A stretch of 64,000 nucleotides of DNA from positions 66,712,001 through 66,776,000 of the forward strand of contig OX597825.1 of assembly GCA_951406725.2 (NCBI GenBank), given 5' to 3'. A program made the position numbers and the translations under genes. This DNA comes from Octopus vulgaris (Eukaryota). This document shows, piece after piece, positions 45,126-57,945 of this stretch. Numbering within the stretch: position 1 is the first letter of the stretch; the number at the start of each line of letters is the position of its first letter. A model generated the notes under the pieces. It was not told where the DNA came from. It saw nothing but the letters and a program-made list of their open reading frames with translations, and did not search any database.

Positions 45126-45494
45126 CATATATATATGTAGAAACAGGTGGAAATCAACATGGAAAGTAATGTTGATTCACATGGCATTACCAATACGTAA
45201 TATTCTTAAATCGGTAACAAAGTTCATGGCAGAATCGTGCCACGTTGGAATATACTTCCATTCTTGTGATTATACGAGTATGCTAATCACTTAACATTCT
45301 TCGTAAGCGAAGTGATTAAACTTCCTCAGCTAATGTATCTCTCAATCCGTATACCTGTCTGTCTGTTAATGTGTCTATCTGCCTATCCAACTTACTATCT
45401 ATCCATCCATTCAGTCTTTTCTTCTTAGTTTCCTTTTTTTTTATCGGACCCTTCATTTGCCATCCATACACCACCCATCAATTCCGCCTTCCCC

Positions 45495-45557
<63 letters not shown>

Positions 45558-45596
45558 CATCCCTGTACACACACACACACACATATATATATTTCA

Positions 45597-45646
<50 letters not shown>

Positions 45647-45734
45647 GTTTGTATACATACATATTTAAATATATATATATATAAAACTAGCCACTACACA
45701 TTCTTTATTTCCTCTCCCTGCTTATTTCTGTGTT

Positions 45735-45774
45735 AGTTTCTGTAGAAGAGTGTAGGCTCGAAACGTTAAAGACT
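45735..45774 (+). ncRNA. Hammerhead-like motif with A6U core
   Basis: TTT-CTGTAGA-A-GAG-TGTAGG-CTC-GAAACGTT-AAA, inside a short element between (TA)n tracts. Confidence 0.4.
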
Positions 45775-45824
45775 GTTGTCTACTCCACCTGTCCTAGTCC
45801 TTTGGTTTTTTTGTGAATTCTCCC

Positions 45825-45868
<44 letters not shown>

Positions 45869-45879
45869 AGTGTGTGTGT

Positions 45880-46426
45880 GTGTGTACGTGAATGTAATTT
45901 ATGCACGTCCGCAAATTAGCACACATGTTGCTCCAATTTTAGGAGGATATTCGTTATGATCTTAGCTGTATTTTCGTCAACTTATTTTCCCCTGAGGCAC
46001 CAGCGAGTAGCAGTAAAAATAAATTTTCAACCAAAACTTTTAACAATTTTCAAGTCGGAGAAATCACCATTGTTTGCAAACAGGAGTTAAGTCCCCTTCT
46101 AGCGACGAGTAAGTTTTTGTTAAGACATTTTTGTTTTTTCCCACCGAGGAAAAAATGCTTTGTTGATATACGGGCAAGACACACACACACACAGACACAC
46201 ACACAAGAACATGTATGCGTACAAAAAACATGTATGCAATAGGTGTACGTACGTGTGTACGTGTGTTTATGTGTGTGTTGCCCATATATATATATATATA
46301 TAAACCAACTTCAACGGATTTTGCCCAAATTTGACGTCGATGTTACTTAGTTTAGTTTGAAATAAAGAACTTGATTATCTTAATAATCCTAACTTAATTC
46401 TGGGCAAAGCCGGGTTATACAGTTAG
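45880..46426 (+). mobile_element. Non-autonomous Helitron (5' end lost in microsatellite)
   Basis: Reverse complement of 10275-10800; ends CTGGGCAAAGCCGGGTTATACAGTTAG. Confidence 0.8.
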
Positions 46427-46953
46427 TCTATTATATAAAAGTCAATGTCTATGTGTTCGTGTGTTCGTGTGTTACTTATAGATTCGAAAACTACAAGACC
46501 AATCCAAATGAAATTTGGAACGCAAAATCCAAGCCTAGAGAGAAGGGTAATGCTGTATGTTTCATACAATTTTGAGGGGCATAAAAGGGGAGCAGAATCT
46601 CCCGTGAAAATTCATATGCTTCGGATTACAAATAAATTTTAAAATATACCCAAATTTTCCACTTTTAGGATGATTCTAAGACCCCTTAATGGGGGCTTAG
46701 CCCCCAAATTTAAGTCATTTTGAATGGATCCTTATATTTGGAACTTCAATGCATAAGGGTGGAAATAATGCAGTATGTTTGATTTGAATGTTTATGAGGG
46801 TGTGTAAAGATGGAAAGAACCAATATTAAAATTCTTAATCTCCAATTTTGATGAAATTCGAATCACATGTGTTCCAGTTCATGAGAGGAAATGTAAAGGA
46901 AAAGTCTAATTCTTCAATTTCATGTGACACGGGCAACGCCGGGTATCTGCTAG
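46427..46953 (+). mobile_element. Second, different non-autonomous Helitron directly abutting the first
   Basis: Starts TCTATTATATAAAAG and ends CACGGGCAACGCCGGGTATCTGCTAG|T. Confidence 0.75.
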
Positions 46954-46972
46954 TATATCTGTATGTGTGTGC

Positions 46973-47019
<47 letters not shown>

Positions 47020-47182
47020 CATACTGACAAAGAGCAATAGACATTCTTTACCTTAGCTGGAGATTTAGAGAGGAAACGAATGATAAAAAATAAAATATGG
47101 ATATAAATCAATGGGAAGTTATAAGTGATCCAGTAGTATGCTCGAACTCTGTCACCCGAAGATGTACAGGTACACAGTTAAT

Positions 47183-47472
47183 GTTTGTTCCTTCTCGAGC
47201 CATGCCTGGCTCATAAAAGCCGGTTTCCCGGTTTTTGGCGTATAGGTTCCCCACCTGGACGGGACGCAGGTGAGCTGCAAGATGAAGGAGGAAAGAGTGA
47301 GAGAAAGTTGTGGCGAAAGAGTCAGCAGAAGTTCGCCATTACCTTCTGTCGGAGCCGCATGGAGCTTAGGTGTTTCGCTCATAAACACACACATCGCCTG
47401 GTCTGAGATTCGAACCCACGATCCCTCGACCGCGAGTCCGCTGCTCTAGCTACAAGGCCAAGTGCCTTCACA
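47183..47472 (-). mobile_element. Family C-related SINE with an alternative 3' half
   Basis: Head GCAGCGGACTCGCGGTCGAGGGATCGTGGGTTCGAATCTC and central CCACAACTTTCTCTCACTC are shared with 13751-14138; the tail differs. Confidence 0.85.
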
Positions 47473-48353
47473 CTGCTATAGTTTGTTCATATTAATGCAA
47501 TAATGCGTTTAATCATTCAACAATTGCCAGCTGATTCTAATGCACATAAACAATTGCAGTAATTCCTTCCATCTTCTATTATAACGTTTTAGCTTGAATT
47601 CTGAGGATATTAATGAATTTCTATATGTATATCTAATAAAAGGTGAATTCCTGTTGTATGACAGCATATGGTATCATATACACGTGGAGCTTTGTAAAAC
47701 ACGTTCTACGGTTATTACCCAGCTAATATTAAATCACACACACACATATACATACTCCCACACACATATTGACAGCAATGCATATCATAGCATTTTTCTA
47801 CAAGCAAACCTGGCTTACTCAAGCAGATAAACGCCAGGAGGCTGTATTTCTGCTAGTATTAATAAGGCTACAATGACTTATGTTTATTGCAACCATAAGT
47901 AATCTTACAGTTACACAATAGTTTACTTGCTACGTGATTTGTGAGAATGAAGTTATTCAACGAAGAATAAAAATATCAGTAAATGTATTAAATGGGTAAG
48001 AATACAGATCTAGAAAATATTCTAGCTCTCTTTTTAATACATCTTAGACAGTTAGCTACAGATAGAGGGTGAAGATAAAACTACACCGTAGTGTAGTGTA
48101 GTTGTACAAGTACACTTTAGTGTTTGGGCATCTTAGATTTACATGAAGGATATTTTATACTTAAGTAGCTACTTAGGTTTTAATGGTAGATATGTTAAAT
48201 GTAAAACATCCTATTTTATGTATTTCATATTATATATTATATTACATTCATATATCTTTCTATTAATATTATCTATATTACGTTATTATATTTTATATTA
48301 TATTATATTATACTATATTATATTATATTATGTTATATTATATTATATTATAT

Positions 48354-48409
<56 letters not shown>

Positions 48410-48509
48410 GTGTGTGTGTATATATGTATGTATGTATGTATAATATCTATATATTGATATGCGTTGTACTATGTATTATATTCATTTATCAATGTATTAA
48501 TATAGTTTC

Positions 48510-48722
48510 AGGCGGCGAATAGGCAGATGTCGTAGCACGCCGAGCGTAATGCTTAGCGGCACTTCGTCCGTCGTTACGTTCTGAGATCAAATTTCGTCGA
48601 GGTCAACACTATCCCTTCACCCTTTCGGAGTCGATAAAATAAGTACCAGTTGAACACCAGGGTCGATGTAGTCGACTTACTCACTCCCCCGAAATTGCTC
48701 GCCTTGTACCGATTTTGAAACC
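48510..48722 (+). mobile_element. Family B SINE (tail type 2)
   Basis: AGGCGGCGAATAGGCAGA...GTCGATAAAATAAGTACCAG...GCCTTGTACC. Confidence 0.8.
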
Positions 48723-48840
48723 AATAAATTCTGTATATTATCATACTTCATCTAATACTTCATTATCATACTACATTTTATATTATGGCACGAATTATGA
48801 TGTTACAACAATCATTTATCTATCTATCTATTTATCTATC

Positions 48841-48933
<93 letters not shown>

Positions 48934-49802
48934 CGTAACTATCTTTCTATACTTTTATATTTGTATTCTTTTACACACACAGACACACAGTTATATGAAT
49001 TCGAGAAATTGAAATTGTTTTTATATATTGTACTATTATGATTTCATTTAACTATTTGAAGTGATGTGATAGATTTTATAACATAACCATTTGAATTGAT
49101 ATGAGTAAGTGTTGCTGAGTAAGTTTTACAATGCTTTTATTTAATAACATTAATAATGAAATAGGAAAGTGCTTATGAAAAATAATTTAAATATTTGAGT
49201 TTCTACTATTTACATTACGGGCAAGAAGTATACCAACAAGTTTTCGAGTATTTCTAACTCAGTTATAAGGTTTAATGTAAGATATATCATATTTAACCTT
49301 CTTATTACAAAGGCCGCTTTGTAATACTGTGAACTTAGTACTGTGAAATTAAATTTGTTAAATATCAGAAATTTTGGAGTGTATTATAAATCAAGTAATG
49401 TATTATAAACCATTATTTAAATTAGGTGTTATATGGAGGAGGTCAGCCGTATTAAAATCAGCCTCTAAAGTAATAGAAAAACTTAGGCTTTTCAGGAAAG
49501 GTGAAGGTCCCCTCTAACTTTATTAGCATTTTGTTGATTACAGTTGGTTAGTATTACTAGACTCTACCATGAGTAATCAGAAATCTTTCTTAGTTTATGT
49601 TAGGAATACAGCTCAATTTGATCTGTATCTTCAGGCGTGTCGTTTACTTCTTTCCTAGCTTCAAATGGTGTTTTGTGGGATTTTTTATCCATAGGGACTT
49701 GTAGAAGATAATAAGGCTTTCCAGATCGTAAAATAATCATTTATCGCCATTTTCTTTATATTCTCCTTTCACAATGCTATCTAAAAATTTCTAATACATC
49801 TT

Positions 49803-50854
49803 CCCGAGGACAGAAGACTACAGCAATTTTTTAACAATGCAAAGCCTAAATGACAAAATGTCATCAATTCTGGGAAAAGAAAAGGAAATACAATTACACC
49901 GACACCTCACAAAAAACTAGCAGGTATCATCAAAGGTGGGGGACGCTTTTCAGAAATAATACACAAACACCACCCCCAACAACAGCTACACCAGTGCTGT
50001 CAACAACATCATCCCCATCACTACCATTACCACCACCACTATCACAAACACCCGTCCCCATTACAACTCCAATGCAATTCACATACACAGAGCACACATC
50101 CCAACACCAGCAAATTTCAAAAATGACCATCTCCACTTCCCCAATAAAACCACTGCCAGCAGCTATTTAGGCTTCTGTTCCTTAATCTAACATGGCCTTG
50201 CTCAGACTAGGCAATATAAATGCACATGGCCTGGTAGCTCCTTGGAAATAAGGTCACCTTCTCAATGGCATCAGGTCACTATGTATAGATGTTGTAATCA
50301 TAAGCGAAACCTGACTCTCCAGTCAACTGGCTTTTATGCCCATCTTTGATAGATACGTGACATACTTATCTCCGTGTCAGCCAGGAATAGAGGTGGAACT
50401 ACTGTGTTTTTCCGGAAAGATCTGCATCTAAAGTCAAGGGCCATCTTCTTGCACCAGTAGGTCAGTTGGTGGTTCTGGATGTAAATAGGAGTGATAAGGG
50501 TGCCATCATTTGAGAAGGCGAGGGAAGGTGGAGTGGGAAGTGTTGCTTTCAGCAATCTTGTTGAAAAATGGGTGTATGTAATGTGAAATGCCTGAGTGAA
50601 CGGACCTACTCTAAGCATCTGCCTCTAGACCGACGGTAAATGAAGAGAAGAGGTCAGGGCGATCGAGATTTTTAGAGGTGTTTGCATGAGCCTCACGAAG
50701 TCTCTCTTTTGGGGGGATTTAAATTGTTATAATTTTATTTATTGTTACTCTTTTATTTACACGTATTTCTTATCCTCTAATCCCACTTTATCTGTATTGT
50801 AGTGTCCTGCACCGTCCGCAATGTGTATTTGTGAAAACGTAGTGGTTAATAAAG

Positions 50855-50857
<3 letters not shown>
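49803..50857 (+). pseudogene. Internally deleted Tx1/L1-like LINE (ORF1-like Pro/Thr tail, APE N-terminus, C-terminus, 3' UTR)
   Basis: From 50192 MALLRLGNINAHGL..K*GHLLNGIRSLCIDVVIISET and GGTTVFFRKDL are AP-endonuclease motifs. AATAAA at 50848 is followed by (ATC)n. Confidence 0.65.
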
Positions 50858-50888
<31 letters not shown>

Positions 50889-50953
50889 TATCATTATTAT
50901 TATTATTATTATCATCATCATCATTATTATCATCATCATCATCATTATTATTA

Positions 50954-51024
<71 letters not shown>

Positions 51025-51428
51025 GTGGTTGTGTGGTAAGTAGCTTGCTTACCAACCACATGGTTCCGGGTTCAGTCCCACTGCGTGGCACCTTGGACAA
51101 GCGTCTCCTACTATAGCCTGGAGCCGACCAAAGCCTTGTGAGTGGATTTGGTAGACGGAAACTGAAAGAAGCCCGTCGTATATATGTATATGTATATGTA
51201 TATGTGTGTGTGTGTTTGTCAAGCGTGTTTGTCCTTCCCCCCCCAAAAAAAAAATCGCTTGACGACCGATGCTGGTGTGTTTACGTCCCCGTAACTTTGC
51301 GGTTCGGCAAAAGGGACCAACAGAATAAGTACTAGGCTTACAAAGAATAAATCCTGCGGTCGATTTGCTCGACTAAAGGCGGTGCTCCAGCATGGCCGCA
51401 GCCAAATGACTGAAACAAGTAAAAGAGA
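51025..51428 (+). mobile_element. Family A SINE
   Basis: End-to-end homology to family A. Confidence 0.9.
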
Positions 51429-51887
51429 ATATTAATACTATCGTTCTACAGCCTTTCTTATTTATTAGTGTATAAGTATTTTTCTTTTACCAGTATCGCT
51501 AGCACAGTTTGTTTTTTACATATCCTTTTCCATCATCTATGTATATCACTCAAGCTTTATGTTTTAGTTTCCTTTCCCACCCTCTTCCTTTCGCTATACT
51601 CCTCTTTCTCTCTCTTTCTCTCTCCATCTTTCTCTCTTTCCCTCTCACATACAAACTCCCTGTATCTTTCCCTCCCTCTCTACCTCCTCTTCCCTTCTTT
51701 CTCCCATTTTTTTTTGTATGAACGCGATGTCCATCTATATTTTATTTCCATACTCATTGCGCCGCACAAAATAAATAAATAGATAAACAGCAATGACAAC
51801 AACAACAACAACAACAAAAACAACAACAACAACAACAACAACAACAATAATAATAATAATAATAATAATAATAGTAATAATAATAAT

Positions 51888-52073
51888 CTCGAGAAGTACG
51901 TGTAACAAATAGAAGCTGCAATAAGGGTGGAGCACTTGCAGAAAACAGCACGGCTTGGAACCGCTCGAATACTCCGGATGGTGCTCGAAAAATAAGAGGT
52001 ATTACCTTAGTTTACTGGTAGTGAACAGCTGACATTGTAGTACATCTCCAGTTGTTAGAATCTGTGCAAAGGC
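51888..52073 (+). mobile_element. 5'-truncated Dong/R4-type LINE inserted in (TAA)n
   Basis: LEKYV*QIEAAIRVEHLQKTARLGTARILRMVLEK* (stop at 51995), a 78-nt 3' UTR, and (AAT)n on both sides. Confidence 0.85.
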
Positions 52074-52116
<43 letters not shown>

Positions 52117-52208
52117 TTAATAATAATCATAATAATAGTAAGAAGAAGAAGAAGAAGAAGATGATGATGATGAAGAAGATGATGAAAAAGATGAAACTGC
52201 TGAACAAA

Positions 52209-52256
<48 letters not shown>

Positions 52257-52257
<1 letters not shown>

Positions 52258-52464
52258 TGAAGTTTATTTGCCACTTAAATGTGGCTAACCACTAAGGGTG
52301 GATGCTACTGTAGCCTGTAGTCCCAAGAGAACATTTTATTTATTAGTTTATTTTATTGTTTATTAGTGTATACGTATTTGTTTATTACCGGTAGTGGTTA
52401 GCTACAAGCTACTGTAGCATTCACTCTTAGTGGTTAGCCACATTTAAGTGGCAAATATACTTCA
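52257..52464. repeat. 63-bp inverted-repeat element next to (AAT)n
   Basis: TATTTGCCACTTAAATGTGGCTAACCACTAAG and CTTAGTGGTTAGCCACATTTAAGTGGCAAATA are reverse complements. Confidence 0.8.
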
Positions 52465-53033
52465 TATCGTCGTGCAGCTACTATTTATACCTCGTTCAAT
52501 AACAACAACAACAACAACAACAACAATAATAATAATAATAAGAAGAAGAATAAGAGGAAGAAGAAAAAGAAACTAATGAATTGCGTGCCTTTACTCATGT
52601 GTATATTAACGTCCTTACTGTTCCAAAACCTGGAAACGTTAGAGAATAATTCATTTCGACGTAGAAATGGATTTTTGGTTTACTAACGCAAAGAAAAAAA
52701 AAGAAGGAGAAACTGAAAGTCATGCCTTGTTGGTGACTGAAGTTTGTAGCTTGAAAATTGAGAAAAACTGTGAAAAGAAAGGAAGAATAAAACAGCGTGT
52801 TGTTAGAAATATGTGCGTTTTAGAGGTATTTAAATATGGCGCAAAAGATTCAATTAGATCCAAGATATTTCGCAATTATATAAGAAGGTTTTACTGGAGC
52901 AGCACAAGAGCAGATATTATGTAGTTAACATCGATGTATGTATGTATGTATGTATGTATGTATGTATGTATGTATGTATGTATGTATGTATGTACGTACG
53001 TACGTACGTATGTATGTATACACACACACACCC

Positions 53034-53069
<36 letters not shown>

Positions 53070-54169
53070 GTATATATATGTATTTATGTTGTCATAGATG
53101 TATTTATATATAATATCAGAAATCCTCATTGTGGGTAAACTGAGAATATAAACGCATTATTTCTATAATATTGATGCGCGGTAAACAAGAGTTGTTCTCT
53201 TGACGGACCGCTTCATTCTTTATTGGCTGCTCCTCAGAGAGAATGTACTCAGTTTCCTTTCTAAATGAATACCACTGGCCATTTACAATCATATATATAG
53301 TATTAAGTTAACGCGTTACTGGATAACCTAATTTGCATAATTGTATTTTCATCAAACAATACCCGTTACTTTGCATATCACAGAAGAAACGAAACAGAAA
53401 TTTCATTATATGCTAATGAAGTGAGGGTAAATAAACATGATGTTACCTGACAGATCATTTCACGCTTAGTCAACTACTTCGATTACAAGACGTCTCCACT
53501 TCCTTCAACAGTCAATAGCATCATCTGCTACATAAGGCACTCAAAGATAAGATTTACCTCTCCTATTGACTGGGGAAAGAAATCGCGTATATATTCTTTG
53601 AGGAGCGGCCAGCACACATTGAAACAGCCCAGCAATAGTGGCGATGTTCAGAGCCTAGTATTTTTATTTCTTTCACCCACAGTGAAATCTATTCCAGTTC
53701 TTATTTACACTACACTGTTCAATCAGCAGATATATATATTGGTCAAATTGATCTAAACACCTCAATCCAATAAGTTTCAAAAATGGATTAAAGGTGTTCA
53801 TAATTCTTTAATCTACGGAGAAATAGCTAAATTTTCCCTGGTTATATATCCACTGTATAGGCTATATACATTATATCATACCTTGATACAGTGTGAACTC
53901 AGTTCCCCGTTGACAGTATCCTGACGTTAAATACAGTGTTAAAACTTATGATTTGCAAACTAGATGCTCCAAATCTCCTTGGCTACTGGAATTGTTGAGT
54001 ATATAAACCGATTGGCTGCTTATTTCTCCAGGATTTGTCAAATTGATGTAGACATCTCCGGTGAGATAGCAATATGGTCCGAAATTCAGTTAAGACTATT
54101 CATCATTTTTTCAATCTACGGAGAATTAGGCAAATAAACTCGATATATATAGGACTACAATTAAACCTA

Positions 54170-54227
54170 TATAAATATACAGGGTTAATTTTTATATAAA
54201 TATATAAATTAACCCTGTATATTTATA
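54170..54227. repeat. Small hairpin (22-bp arms)
   Basis: TATAAATATACAGGGTTAATTT and AAATTAACCCTGTATATTTATA are reverse complements. Confidence 0.8.
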
Positions 54228-54613
54228 CACACACACATATATACACACATATCTAGAATAAGAAAATTGAGATATTGAGGTTAATAAGAATTTGTTATCA
54301 GCAAAAGATCAATCATTATACCTTACAGCTGTTTCAGTTAAGCTCAGTGAAGTTAAATATATATGTTAAAATCATATTTCTAGGCAAAATCACTTCAGAG
54401 GGAGAAAAATATATACCCTTAGATAGTTTGTGCGTTAGTTTGTGGAATTATCACGACAGTCTACCAAATCAACATTGAAGGATTTGCTCGGCCCGAGGCT
54501 ATAGTAGAAGTCACCGAGCTCGAAACAACGTAGTCGGGAATTAGAGCTTCTTCCCACACAGCCACGTCTACAACCATATATATATAGAGATTGATATATG
54601 TAAGTATGTATAT

Positions 54614-54694
<81 letters not shown>

Positions 54695-54886
54695 TAGTTG
54701 AATGAATTATCCTAGTATGGATAAATCGGTTAACCGATACCTGGGTAGCAAATTCACGTCACAAAAACACGGTTGAAGCTACATGCCAAGGGCAGAGATC
54801 ACGTGCTTTCGTGTGGAAATTTGTGTTTTTTAATACAAATAAATGAAAGAATGGAGTTGAACGACGATTTAACAAAATTCCTTTAT

Positions 54887-54967
54887 TCTCGACATATGTT
54901 TCGAAGGCTGCATATTCCTAATTTCGAAGAAGTAAGGGGTGCATTATACTGCCTACTCATCAGAAGA
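54887..54967 (-). ncRNA. Type-I hammerhead motif (left arm)
   Basis: Minus TCTT-CTGATGA-GTAGGC...GCCTTC-GAAACATATGTC-GAGA; palindromic stem III ACATATGT. Confidence 0.75.
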
Positions 54968-55124
54968 GACAAGGAACTTATGTCAGCATCAAGATGAACA
55001 AAAACTCTTAGATGACTGCCCACTCGGAGTCCATAGCGATAATCGTCCATTATCCCTATGGACCCCGAGTGGGCAGTCATCTAAGAGATTTTGTTCAGCT
55101 TGATGCTGACATAAGTTCCTTGTC

Positions 55125-55205
55125 TCTCCTGATGAGAAGGCAACATAATGCACCCCTTATTTCTTCGAAATTAGGAATGTGCAGCCTTCGAAACACATGT
55201 CGAGA
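55125..55205 (+). ncRNA. Canonical type-I hammerhead ribozyme (right arm)
   Basis: TCTC-CTGATGA-GAAGGC...GCCTTC-GAAAC-ACAT-GTC-GAGA; all core residues are canonical, with a GUC site at 55199-55201. Confidence 0.85.
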
Positions 55206-55254
55206 ATAAAGGAATTTTGTTAAATCGTCGTTCAACTCCATTCTTTCATTTATT

Positions 55255-55311
<57 letters not shown>

Positions 55312-55850
55312 CTCTACTTATTTCAGTGGGGGACAAACACAGACAGATAAATACGCGCGCGCGCACACGCACACACATATATATACACACATACACACAT
55401 ACACACACACACATACACACACATATACACACATACATATATATCTATCTATTGCAGGTCAAATGTGTCCCAAATATATTTATTATATAAATATTATTGT
55501 TCCTGAAAGATTTGATTACTGTTCCATAATGTAATCATGTTTTACTACTTAGTATACTCCATGTACAATGCAAGCCAACGATATGCATTCATCTTTAATA
55601 AACCGGGATAATCAACAGACCATATGGTATTCTATTGGCGTAGATAGCACCGGTGTCTGCATACCGAATTTTGCTATCCCCAATCAACCGAAAAAAATAC
55701 ATTACGTAGCCGTTAAATAAGAATATAAATGTAATTGCATATTGATAAAATGTGTGTGTATAAACGTGTGCCCACTTACATACACTTATATATTCTCAAT
55801 CCCTCTCTCTTTAAAACATTTATGTTTGTGTGCGCATGTTCATTTACGGG

Positions 55851-55917
<67 letters not shown>

Positions 55918-56005
55918 CTATCCATCGCATACATATAGTCATATATATATATATATATATATTGAGTTGCCTAATAATGGTTTTATCTCTAATTCATATT
56001 TTATA

Positions 56006-56092
<87 letters not shown>

Positions 56093-56319
56093 ACTCACAC
56101 AGTCATGCATATACACCCATATACTTAGAATGATTGCTCCCATATGTTTTTCTTTTTCTGCCAAGTGACGCAAGATATTTTTCCTTATTGACTCATCTAT
56201 CGATTCTGCATATCCACCACCTTTCGCTTTAGCCGGATAAATCATTCGCCTTTTACTAACGATTTCCATGGAGAGGTATAATTAAATCATATATGCATAC
56301 ATACATAGATACATACATA

Positions 56320-56424
<105 letters not shown>

Positions 56425-57517
56425 TGTATGTGCGTGTGTGTGTGTATATATTTGTGTGATACATTTTACTTATACCAATGGAATTACAGAACACAATACA
56501 TAAAGCGAAATATTTACTGACGCCTGTTCTTTTCCTGTTTATAACTCATGAAATGACGTTTCAGATTCTGAACAATCATCAGACGACAACGTTCAACCAC
56601 AGAGCGGAAATAATGGCCAGGTAAATAAATAAGTGTCCGTTGACCGCCAAATATCCAGTGTTGCGTACCTGCAATATTATCAAGGTAATGGGCTTTTCTC
56701 ACTATACAGTGAAATTAATTGTGAAGTATGGGCGTTTTCGTTTGGGCAAGGTGAAGCTGATGAATTCGAAAAACTTTTTAAAACTTTAAAACATTTTCCC
56801 ATTTGGCTTGGACTATGTTTTTAAAGTCTCTACTAAGCGCAGACGTGTCTGTGTGGTCAATAGCTTGCTTACTGCTCATGCGTTTGTTAGTTGCTTCCAC
56901 CCGGGATACTATCAGAACGTGCTTTTGTAGCCGTCCTGAATTGAAGAAAATTTGAAGGCGCGACTGTAAGGTAGGCATCTGTTTTTGGGGGGATTCAGTG
57001 GGGCTTTGTTGTTTGACAATCTTTCCGATCAAGTTGCGATATAATCCTCCAGTATTTTAGTAAACAATTTACAAATCTCCAATCTAGCATTAAGATAACC
57101 AACAATTTATGATTATCCCTGAGGTTGTGTAAAGATGATACATAATACGCATGTTTCGGTTACATTTCTGTCGTCTGCAGCATTCGAAATATTTCTCTTT
57201 ACCGCCGAATTGAGTGAAACGTGCATTCAAATTTCTTACACAGCTGGAAATATATGTCACGTATTTACTGTATTTACTGTATTTACTGATCCGATTTGGT
57301 GGATGGGGTAATCTATAGAAAGGCCTTCAATAATTTTCTGAAACACTAGAAGATTACATCACTTCATCGATGAATAGATTATTTCATGGCATGTTACCCG
57401 CTACAGTAATGCTCTCTCTAAATCATATAGTTTTACTCCTTTATAAGGATTCCTTTGCCAAAACAGTCCCTGTCGATTATTATTTCACCATTTCCTTTTA
57501 TTTTTGCTTCTTTGAAT

Positions 57518-57711
57518 TTGTTTCAGTCATTTGACTGCGGCCACGCTGGAGCACCGCCTTTAGTCGAATAAATCGCCCCAGGACTTATTTTTTGTAAGCC
57601 TAGTGGCTATTCTATCATTCCCTTTGCCGAACTGCTAAGTTACGGGGACGTAAACACACCAACATCGGTTGTCAAGCAGTGCTGGTAGTGGGGACAAACA
57701 CAGACAAACAA

Positions 57712-57788
<77 letters not shown>

Positions 57789-57945
57789 TTCGACGGGTTT
57801 CTTTCAGTTTCCGTTTACCAAATGCGCTCACAAGGCTTTGGTCAGCCCGAGGCTATAGTAGAAGCCACTTACCCAACGTACCACATAGTGGAACTGAATC
57901 CGGAACCATGTGGTTGGTAAGCACTCTACTTACGACACAGCCACT
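57518..57945 (-). mobile_element. Family A SINE
   Basis: Reverse-complement homology to family A. Confidence 0.88.

Larger units (their letters stand above)
54835..55257. mobile_element. PLE-like palindrome, ~209-bp arms, 5-nt loop, one HHR per arm
   Basis: Mirror ORFs 54883-55080(-) and 55012-55209(+); apex GATAAT-CGTCC-ATTATC. Confidence 0.9.

Noticed and set aside
56545-56595. Minus-strand CTGATGA...GAAACGTC
   Set aside because: There is no stem I pairing; probably chance.
56900-57250. Coding-like minus-strand stretch (YFECCRRQKC), possible exon or transposase relic
   Set aside because: No recognisable domain or splice support; it needs BLASTX and RNA-seq.
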